Of a stretch of DNA of 64,000 nt, positions 40,088 through 47,811 are shown piece by piece. The translations under genes were made by a program, and so were the position numbers. Positions within the stretch are counted from its first letter, which is position 1, and every line of letters begins with the position of its first letter. The stretch covers positions 1 to 64,000 of IMG/VR virus record IMGVR_UViG_3300010354_000065; one strand, 5' to 3'. The notes under the pieces are model-generated. The model ran no database searches and was not told where the DNA came from. It worked only from the letters and a program-made list of their open reading frames with translations. The DNA is from a virus.

Positions 40088-41332
40088 TTATGATCCTAGC
40101 TGCACGCAATCAAAAACAATCCGATGTTTTGATGCATTTTGAAACGTAATCATATGTCTGAGTCTTACAATTAAGTAATCACCAGTACGAACTTTATCTA
40201 ACTTCTTTTGAGCTGATAAACCATCAATTTCAGGCATGTTCAATCGGACCACGTGGCCTACAGCTAATCCACTGTCTCCTGGCACCATAACACGTGTTAC
40301 ATCGTCATTTAACAACAATGAGAAAGAGTTTTTACCTGCTAGATTTTCCAAGACAAAAATAGGGGGACGTGATGTATCTTTCACACCAAAAAGAATTTGT
40401 GGTACGTTTTGTGCAAACTCATTCATCCATTCGCCTGAGTTTGGCCTGGCTTTCTTTTTATCAGGGGCAAACGAGGAAAACATTTCCTCTAAATTAAAAT
40501 CTATTGTCTCAATATTTTTTGTTGCAAGATCAAACATTTGGGTTTTCATTCGGTAAGCACCCTGTTGAAGCTTACGATAAGATTCGCCGTTATAAACTAG
40601 CTGATAATCTAAAATAGCTCGAAATGACTCCACCTCTTTTTGAGGAGATCCCATTGGATTCTGTTTGAAAGTAAAATCGCGTCCGGTTGACTCAACTTCT
40701 TTGAGGCCCCTCTCGAATAACCCTTTTATAGTTGTGAAATTGAACCCATATTGATTTTCAAAAAAGACATAAGGAGACATTTTATGTTCCGCGCCAACAG
40801 CTCGTTGTCTCAAAAAATCTATTGCTGCAAGGGGCTTTAGTTTTGGAAAGTTTAAAAGTTCGTTGCCAACAGTTGGCTCTTGATAAAATTTCTTTTTTGT
40901 AGAGAGAGAATTAACCAATATTCTTTGAACCATGTCGCTTATCAAACCGCTCATGTGAGAACGTATAGTTGAAGTGTTATTCAAATGCTCTTCACTTACA
41001 CAATGTAACGTGTATGTGATACCTTTGCTGTTTCTGAAAGGTTCGACATTTGTTACTTGAAAACATCTAAAAATAAATGTTGAAGGCTCTGTAATACCAG
41101 GTGTCTCGATTGTCAACTCTACCTTCTCTTCACCTATTATAGGTAACTTTGTTAAAAGATCGAGAGCATCAACAACTTCAATGGTAGCATACAGGGTTGG
41201 TTTCGTAACGTCTTCGTAAATATCAATAGTCAGTAACTGACTCATATCAAATATACCACCATCCCCTTTATGGGTTTGAATGGAGAGGTTTATTACCTTT
41301 ACATCATTAGTCTTATAACTATATTGTGTCAT
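40088..41332 (-). CDS. Baseplate hub protein (gp27-like)
   Basis: IYED, LPIIGEEKV, YVFFEN..GFNF, PGDSGL.VG and GDYLI..LRH motifs; lies between gp53 and gp5. Confidence 0.7.
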   Translation of the reverse strand: MTQYSYKTNDVKVINLSIQTHKGDGGIFDMSQLLTIDIYEDVTKPTLYATIEVVDALDLLTKLPIIGEEKVELTIETPGITEPSTFIFRCFQVTNVEPFRNSKGITYTLHCVSEEHLNNTSTIRSHMSGLISDMVQRILVNSLSTKKKFYQEPTVGNELLNFPKLKPLAAIDFLRQRAVGAEHKMSPYVFFENQYGFNFTTIKGLFERGLKEVESTGRDFTFKQNPMGSPQKEVESFRAILDYQLVYNGESYRKLQQGAYRMKTQMFDLATKNIETIDFNLEEMFSSFAPDKKKARPNSGEWMNEFAQNVPQILFGVKDTSRPPIFVLENLAGKNSFSLLLNDDVTRVMVPGDSGLAVGHVVRLNMPEIDGLSAQKKLDKVRTGDYLIVRLRHMITFQNASKHRIVFDCVQLGS

Positions 41333-42177
41333 GACGTCATCAAATCCTTCATATCCTTTTCAATTTGATTGACGTATGCACTGCTCAAAAGAACAATATG
41401 TCTCTTTGCCTCATTCAATTCAAACTCAACATCGTATTGACTCACTGATGTCCAATATGTTTGCTCTTCGGGACTTATAGGCGTTGCTATAGTACTAACA
41501 CTAGTTATAGTAGCGTTAGCAGCTGCATCAGTCGTCATATGATAAACAGCCGTGTTTGCTTGCCAGGTTCCGGATACATGCTTTATAACAAGGTTGGTAC
41601 TATTGGCAAAAGAAATACTACCTGTTACAGATGATGACTGTTTAATCATATCATTTTCTGTGAAAGTGCCAAACGTTCCTGTCAGCGACACAATCTTATT
41701 GGTTTCAACAGCGTCAGAAAGTTCTTTACGCTCATAGTTGATAACACGGTTATTGTAACTAAGGATAGGAGCCCAGTATTGTTTTTGTACTGTTCCCAAA
41801 GCGTCATACGCTGAGGTTGAAATAACTCGGTCGTCTGTTTCGTGATTCACACGATAGTACGCAATCTGCTGTTGTGCATTTGCAATGCTACCGTATTTGG
41901 CAGTGATAAAACTCTCAAAAATATCCTGTGATTTTGGCCACTGATGCAACGGATCGGTAATATTATTGCTAAGATATATAATCCAATCGTACGTGGAATC
42001 GTTGTAATACTGTTCAGCTATTTGATCTGCTCGTTGACCGTCTTGTACTTGATATGGCAAAAATAAAGCAAGATTTTTTGCAACACTTTCCTCAAATCTG
42101 ATGCGTGCAATAATATTTGTAGCAACTGTGTTACTATGAAAGAGCGTAGGGAAGTATTTAAAAAAACCTGACATCAC
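41329..42177 (-). CDS. gp53: Baseplate wedge subunit
   Basis: FKYFP, G.RADQIA..YY, WIIYLSNNI.DP..QWP and NEAKRHI motifs. Confidence 0.88.
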   Translation of the reverse strand: MMSGFFKYFPTLFHSNTVATNIIARIRFEESVAKNLALFLPYQVQDGQRADQIAEQYYNDSTYDWIIYLSNNITDPLHQWPKSQDIFESFITAKYGSIANAQQQIAYYRVNHETDDRVISTSAYDALGTVQKQYWAPILSYNNRVINYERKELSDAVETNKIVSLTGTFGTFTENDMIKQSSSVTGSISFANSTNLVIKHVSGTWQANTAVYHMTTDAAANATITSVSTIATPISPEEQTYWTSVSQYDVEFELNEAKRHIVLLSSAYVNQIEKDMKDLMTS

Positions 42178-43373
42178 GGAGCTCCATTGAACGTACTATT
42201 ACCTGGTGGTAGATTTGCATCTGCAACTGCACCAGCTCTCTGATTAACATTAGCTTGCTCATCAGCTTTTTTCTTTGCTTCTACTGCCTTCTTTACATTC
42301 TCAGCACTAAACGCTTTGTCCTCTTTATCTTCCTCGCCTTCATCTCTTCTCGTGTAAGGTTCAATTTCTTTAAACGACATAGACACGTCAACAATTACAG
42401 GATCACCTGTCTTGAAGAAAGCAGGACCGTTGGGGGAATAGTTGACAGCCATGCCGGTCATAACACACTTTTTAAATTTGTATGGAACTTCTTTATTAGG
42501 ACCAAAAGAGATTTCACAAGTATCAGGAAAGCTAAAAGCAGTGTCTGCACTTCCTTTAATAAAACTAGGCAACATGGCTTTTTTCAATTGCTTAATTATT
42601 TTCTTAACTGTTTCGAGCTCAGCCCTCGAATTGGGAGCAAACCTGTATTGAAAGGAATGAGTTCTTAGCTCCACGTTATTAAAAATCACTGCTTGATATG
42701 GATTTGGTGTAAGACCTGATGCAATTCTTGCTACATCTTTAGCAACAGATTTTTGACCCAGAGCAGCTGCACCTGCTGCTGTGATAGCACCTACAGCAAC
42801 ACCCGCCATTGTAACGTCATCTGCTCCTCCCCTAACGCCACCTCCCGGTGCACCTTGTAATTCTCGAGTCCTTCTTATAAGTTGATCAGCCCCTGCACCT
42901 GCAAGTCCCAACTCAGCTGTATCATACCCTACTGTAAACACTTCGTTTAAATTACTTGGCATCGGTAAAACAATAGTCGCTGTGTATTGTTCTTTGGGTT
43001 TGTCTGTAGCGAGTATACGTTGATATGTTGCAAACTTGAACATAGTGAAATATTTTAAGTCTGTTGGATAAGTTAATGCGCTGGCAGGAACAGTAGGCTT
43101 TAAACTGGGAGGGGGTCCAGGATCTGCCTTTTCTGGGGCTATTCTTGGCAACCCATTAGTTGGGAATTGGGTTTGTATTTGGGCGGCGGGACTTTTTTCA
43201 AATAACCCACTTGCTGCTTTTGATAGTCCTGCTACACCTTTGTTAGCTACATCCTTCAATCCGTTCAGACTGACTTTATTTGCCAACGACGCCAGGCCAC
43301 CTTGAAGGTTGCTAAATTGTGCTTGTGCACCTGCTGTAATATCCGAAATTAAACCTGAACCTGGGAAAGACAT
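42174..43373 (-). CDS. gp48: Baseplate tail-tube cap
   Basis: IVLPMP, NPY..IF..V.LRTHSF...APNSRAE and CVMT..VNYSPNG motifs. Confidence 0.85.
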   Translation of the reverse strand: MSFPGSGLISDITAGAQAQFSNLQGGLASLANKVSLNGLKDVANKGVAGLSKAASGLFEKSPAAQIQTQFPTNGLPRIAPEKADPGPPPSLKPTVPASALTYPTDLKYFTMFKFATYQRILATDKPKEQYTATIVLPMPSNLNEVFTVGYDTAELGLAGAGADQLIRRTRELQGAPGGGVRGGADDVTMAGVAVGAITAAGAAALGQKSVAKDVARIASGLTPNPYQAVIFNNVELRTHSFQYRFAPNSRAELETVKKIIKQLKKAMLPSFIKGSADTAFSFPDTCEISFGPNKEVPYKFKKCVMTGMAVNYSPNGPAFFKTGDPVIVDVSMSFKEIEPYTRRDEGEEDKEDKAFSAENVKKAVEAKKKADEQANVNQRAGAVADANLPPGNSTFNGAP

Positions 43374-43380
43374 ATAAATA
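43373..43380 (+). promoter_or_regulatory. T4-type late promoter TATAAATA, 5 nt before the gp4 ATG (likely leaderless mRNA)
   Basis: Exact consensus at the divergent gp48/gp4 junction. Confidence 0.85.
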
Positions 43381-43385
43381 TTCCT

Positions 43386-43829
43386 ATGAGTTACAAAGGA
43401 TTTTTTAAACCTTCCAACCCTGCTAAGTATCGAGGCGATCCTTCTAACATCGTATATCGTAGTAGTTGGGAGTTAAAATTTATGAAGTATTTAGACGCTC
43501 ACAAAGACGTCTTAGAATGGTCTAGCGAGGAATTCGCTATTCCTTACCGTTCTCCTTTGGATAATCAAATACATAGATACTTCCCTGACTTCAAGCTAAA
43601 AAAAAGGAATCCTGAGGGTGTGATGGAAACTCTTGTGGTGGAAATAAAACCGGAAAAGGAAACTAAGCCGCCTAAACCTCAAACCATGAAGACAAAACAG
43701 TATCTTCGTGAAGTGTATACGTGGGGTATCAACAGCGCTAAATGGAAAGCAGCTAGGACATTCTGTGAAGATAGAAAATGGAAATTTATTATAATGACGG
43801 AACACGAACTAGGGATTAAATCACTCTGA
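43386..43829 (+). CDS. gp4: Head completion nuclease (TnsA-like)
   Basis: NPAKYRGDP, YRSSWE, HRYFPDF, EIKP and N.AKW.AA motifs. Confidence 0.95.
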   Translation: MSYKGFFKPSNPAKYRGDPSNIVYRSSWELKFMKYLDAHKDVLEWSSEEFAIPYRSPLDNQIHRYFPDFKLKKRNPEGVMETLVVEIKPEKETKPPKPQTMKTKQYLREVYTWGINSAKWKAARTFCEDRKWKFIIMTEHELGIKSL

Positions 43830-44428
43830 TGGCTACACAACCTTTTACCGAAGCTCTGCAAAACGTACCTAACCCTACACAGGTGCAAAACAACTCACGT
43901 ACGTGGCTACGAGAGCAGATGCAGAACTTCAGCTCGACAACAGACCCTCGTAGGTTATTAAGAGCGGCACCAGAGCAAAAAGAAAGTAGACTTGTTTCAA
44001 AGTTGACTGTGGGCCGTATGTATTTGTTTTACTACGATCCAAAAATGAAAGAGGAATTACCATATTATGATAGGTTTCCTCTTATCTTCCCTTTTCAAAA
44101 GGTCGATGACGGTTTTTATGGTATAAACATGCACTACCTGCCGCACGTCCTGCGTGCACGTTTAATGGACAGCTTGTATTCATTAGCCAACAATGCAAAC
44201 AACGATGATAGCACGAAACTAAAGCTATCTTACCAAATACTCAACTCTTCGAGCCGATTCAAGTACTTTAAACCTTGTGTCAAGCACTATCTAAATAACC
44301 ACGTAAGAAGTAGGTTTCTCTGGGTACCAGCAGAAGAATGGAAGACAGCATTGTTTTTACCATTAGAGAGATTTGCAAAAGCAAATAAAAATAAAGTGTG
44401 GCAAGACAGTAGGAGATCGGTAAAATAA
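43829..44428 (+). CDS. gp2: DNA end protector
   Basis: GRMYLFYYDPK.K..LPYYDRFPL, G.N.HYLP and KPCVKHYL motifs. Confidence 0.95.
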   Translation: MATQPFTEALQNVPNPTQVQNNSRTWLREQMQNFSSTTDPRRLLRAAPEQKESRLVSKLTVGRMYLFYYDPKMKEELPYYDRFPLIFPFQKVDDGFYGINMHYLPHVLRARLMDSLYSLANNANNDDSTKLKLSYQILNSSSRFKYFKPCVKHYLNNHVRSRFLWVPAEEWKTALFLPLERFAKANKNKVWQDSRRSVK

Positions 44429-45277
44429 ATGGGATTACTTAACACAGGTATGAATGCTCTTGGCACCTTTTCAGTGCTTAAGGGCCTTCTCGGTAAAAAA
44501 AAGCAAGGACCTTCCGGACGTTTTAACACGTTTATGTCCGAACTTCGTGCCGGCGGAGTAGCAAGGTCTAACTATTTTGATGTTGTGTTTGGCGTACCCT
44601 TAGTTTTTTACGATGATGAGCCCAATCTTGTCCCTTCAGCACAAAAACTCTCCCTTTTTGCTGACAGCGTATCAATGCCAGGTTTGAATATTCAAACAGA
44701 CTCGATAAAACGGTACGGAATTGGTCCTACGGAAAATGTTCCGTATTCAACACAATTTAACGACATTACAATCAACTTCATTGGTGATGGTAGAGGAGAG
44801 GTCTACAAATTTTTTTACAATTGGATGCACGGAATTGTCAGCGCTGATAAATTTATTCCCGCGGGAAAGCTCTCTCCTGGAGGGCTTGCACCGTATGAGG
44901 TAGAGTTTAAGAACAGATATGAGACAATCATATCAATCACTACATATAACGAACAAAACGATACTGTGCTTGAATATAAACTATACGGTGCTTTTCCAAA
45001 AACAGTTCCGGATATCCAGCTTTCTTGGAAAGACGCTGATGGATACATGCAGTTTGGAATAACCTTTTGTTATATGTACGCCGAGCTTACAAATGCTTCA
45101 AAACAATTTCAAGCTGGACCAAACGGCGTTAAAGGACTATCCCTTTTACAAAAGGCTCTCAAACTTGGTACTGCTTTGCAGACTCTCAAATCATTGAAGA
45201 GACCACGAAGCATCCAAGACGCACTTGCCTCTTCCACATCAATCAAAAATATTGCCTCTGGCTCTGGTTTATTTTAA
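44429..45277 (+). CDS. gp54: Baseplate-tail tube initiator (gp19-fold)
   Basis: ARSNYFDV, SVSMPG, FFYNWM and L.GAFPK.V..I.L.W motifs. Confidence 0.75.
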   Translation: MGLLNTGMNALGTFSVLKGLLGKKKQGPSGRFNTFMSELRAGGVARSNYFDVVFGVPLVFYDDEPNLVPSAQKLSLFADSVSMPGLNIQTDSIKRYGIGPTENVPYSTQFNDITINFIGDGRGEVYKFFYNWMHGIVSADKFIPAGKLSPGGLAPYEVEFKNRYETIISITTYNEQNDTVLEYKLYGAFPKTVPDIQLSWKDADGYMQFGITFCYMYAELTNASKQFQAGPNGVKGLSLLQKALKLGTALQTLKSLKRPRSIQDALASSTSIKNIASGSGLF

Positions 45278-45292
45278 TTTTAGGAGTTTATT

Positions 45293-46003
45293 ATGAGATT
45301 GCCAGTGATACAACATCCTGTGTTTAGTCTTACGTTACCATCAACACAACGAACAGTACACTTTCGTCCTTTCCTCGTTAAAGAAGAAAAGATTCTTCTT
45401 GTAGCGCAGTCTAGTGGAGATCAGACTGACGTACTTCGTGCTGTAAAACAAGTGATTACTAATTGTATCACTGACGAAAACGTTAACGTTGACGACTTCA
45501 CCACATATGATCTCGAGTACTTCTTTATTAAACTAAGATCAAAATCAATCCAAAACATTATTAAACTCGTATACCGTGACAATGAGGATGATCAGCTATA
45601 CGATGTTCATGTTGATCTTGAGGAAGTTGAGGTAAAAAGGGGATCAGAGGTTTCTGATACTTTTGAAATCAATGAGGGATGTAAGATAAAACTACGCCAT
45701 CCTCGTCTCGAGATCATTAATCAAGCCGACAGTCTTGAAGAAGGTGTAGACTTCAATTTCTTTATAATTCAATCGTGTATCGATAAGGTTATCGTAAACG
45801 ATATTGCACATGACCCAGGCCAATACAGTAAAGAGGAGCTTGCAGAGTTTGTAGAAAACTTACCTGTTCCTGCATACCAACATATTCAACAATATATTGA
45901 TTCAATGCCAAAGATCGAACACGAGATTAAATATACAAACTCAACAGGACGAGAAGTTAAAATTGTTTTACGGACATTAACCGATTTTTTCACGTTGGGC
46001 TGA
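45293..46003 (+). CDS. gp26: Baseplate hub assembly protein
   Basis: LPVI..P...LTLPS, FRPFLVKEEKILL, DLEYFFIKLRSKS, MPK and L.DFF motifs; AGGAG SD. Confidence 0.92.
   Translation: MRLPVIQHPVFSLTLPSTQRTVHFRPFLVKEEKILLVAQSSGDQTDVLRAVKQVITNCITDENVNVDDFTTYDLEYFFIKLRSKSIQNIIKLVYRDNEDDQLYDVHVDLEEVEVKRGSEVSDTFEINEGCKIKLRHPRLEIINQADSLEEGVDFNFFIIQSCIDKVIVNDIAHDPGQYSKEELAEFVENLPVPAYQHIQQYIDSMPKIEHEIKYTNSTGREVKIVLRTLTDFFTLG
45985..45991 (+). promoter_or_regulatory. Candidate -1 ribosomal frameshift heptamer T TTT TTC linking gp26 to gp51
   Basis: X XXY YYZ pattern in the gp26 frame just before its stop; the -1 frame is open and continuous with gp51. Confidence 0.6.
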
Positions 46004-46044
46004 GCCATAACACCTTAGCAAACTATTATCAGTTCTTGTTTGCT

Positions 46045-46173
46045 ATGGCTCAGCATCATAAATATTCGCTATCTGAGCTTGAAAATTTGTATCCTTATGA
46101 ACGTGATCTTTATGGTGATATGCTCAAAGATTATCTCCAAAATGAACAACAAAGGCTTCAGCAGCGACAATAA
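46045..46173 (+). CDS. gp51: Baseplate hub assembly catalyst (not in the ORF track)
   Basis: MAQHHKYSLSELENLYPYERDLY matches the T4-like gp51 motif; the stop TAA overlaps the next ATG; no SD before the ATG. Confidence 0.85.
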   Translation: MAQHHKYSLSELENLYPYERDLYGDMLKDYLQNEQQRLQQRQ

Positions 46174-47804
46174 TGGCAACCTCTTCATCAGATTTAGTAA
46201 GCGAATTAAAAAAAGCGGCTCAACAAAAATTAACAACCTCGTTTCTTGGAACGGGTATTGTTGGCCGCACTATCGCAAAGAGAATTGCTGACAAAAACAA
46301 AGACAGGGACAACCCTGTCAGCAAAGCTATGTCTGAACAAAACGCTGTTCAGAATCAAGTCAATTCAACCGCTGTAAGAATAGAGCCAATTGTACGTAGT
46401 ATTGCTCGCACGATCAATATGCTTGCTAGAGTGTGGGCAAAGCATGTTTATGCTAAACAAGAAGCATTGCGTCTACAACGAGAAAGATTGACGAAAGCGA
46501 GAGCTTTAGCTGAGGAAGAGGAAAATGAACGTAAACAAGCTGAGCAACAAGCCGTAACAAAAGAATCTATTTCCGGAACCCGAACCGAAGAAGGCAAGGG
46601 AATACTGGGATCTATTTTAGGATACACCAAGTCAACAAGAAGCCTTATGTTCAAGGCTTTCAAAGAACTTGGTGCTCTTTTACTCAAAGTGGGAATAGGC
46701 GGGGCCGCAGCAGCGTATGCGATGAGCGTTGCTAATGCACAGGACGAAGGCAATCAACCTCCACCATCAGCAGAAACGCAACCATCATCAGCTCCTGGAG
46801 CTCAATTACAAAGTGCAGCTCCTGTAACAGGACAAGTACCACAAGAGTCAACACCACCTACACCATCAACTAATTTAGCCGTCGGTACCACACCAACCGC
46901 GTCGACATTGACTCCTGCACTTACTCCTGATATAAAACCAGGAGTTGTAGGTGGTTCAATGCCTGACAATCCTGCTAAGTATCTTAAACCAAACCCTCCT
47001 CTTGACGCAAGTGGAAAACCAATTCCATTTACTCCAGGACCACAATCGTATCCTTCAGTAAATATTCAACAGGGTGTTCCTTATACTCCAACACCTCCTG
47101 TAGTACCCGGGCATCACCTATGGCCACCTAAACCTTCAACACCAGGTGCGCCTTCAGCATCTGTTGTTAGTCAGCCACAGCTGTCATCAAATGCTGATAA
47201 CACACGAGGTACGACAGAAACTACAACTAACGAACCAAACCCAACAGACATGAGACTGGCTAGAGGAACACAGACTCCTCCGATGATGAGTGCAATGCCA
47301 GGTACTACGCCGCCTTCAACCACAATGGCAGCTGCACCTCAGCCAGAACAAGGTATGCAAGCAGCGGGACAATCAAGCATGCCACCAAGTATACAACAGT
47401 TTGTCTCGCAAGTACAGCAGAGTACAAGAAGTACAACAAGCCCACCTAATACAGCTGATAATATGGGCCGTCCTGGTGCTTCTCTTGCGGGAATTCCGAC
47501 TTCTACATCCGGAAACGATGTAACAGGTGGACTGTCTGGTGTTCCTCAAGGCTCTCCTAGCACAATTGGCGGTCTAAGCGGCATCATTGGATCATCAGCT
47601 AGTTCTGGTAACCAATTGTCTTCACTTTCTACCTTAATTGATTCCCTTGTTGAAAAAGGTATACAAAGCATTGCTCCAATTTTTAATTCTTCTCCAACAA
47701 CAAATGCAGATTTGATGGGTGAAGGAACGTCGCCTTTGTTACCTTCTCCTGTAGCCAACCGAGGATCCTTAGATATTGGCACAACTTTCGATGCACATGC
47801 GTGA
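46173..47804 (+). CDS. Pro/Ser/Thr-rich hub- or tape-measure-associated protein
   Basis: Helical N-terminus, long low-complexity C-terminal half, located after gp26/gp51. Confidence 0.5.
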   Translation: MATSSSDLVSELKKAAQQKLTTSFLGTGIVGRTIAKRIADKNKDRDNPVSKAMSEQNAVQNQVNSTAVRIEPIVRSIARTINMLARVWAKHVYAKQEALRLQRERLTKARALAEEEENERKQAEQQAVTKESISGTRTEEGKGILGSILGYTKSTRSLMFKAFKELGALLLKVGIGGAAAAYAMSVANAQDEGNQPPPSAETQPSSAPGAQLQSAAPVTGQVPQESTPPTPSTNLAVGTTPTASTLTPALTPDIKPGVVGGSMPDNPAKYLKPNPPLDASGKPIPFTPGPQSYPSVNIQQGVPYTPTPPVVPGHHLWPPKPSTPGAPSASVVSQPQLSSNADNTRGTTETTTNEPNPTDMRLARGTQTPPMMSAMPGTTPPSTTMAAAPQPEQGMQAAGQSSMPPSIQQFVSQVQQSTRSTTSPPNTADNMGRPGASLAGIPTSTSGNDVTGGLSGVPQGSPSTIGGLSGIIGSSASSGNQLSSLSTLIDSLVEKGIQSIAPIFNSSPTTNADLMGEGTSPLLPSPVANRGSLDIGTTFDAHA

Positions 47805-47811
47805 GGGTTAA

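Noticed and set aside
46040-46291. 83-aa ORF from the track
   Set aside because: Wrong frame; the gp51 motif lies in the frame ending at 46173.
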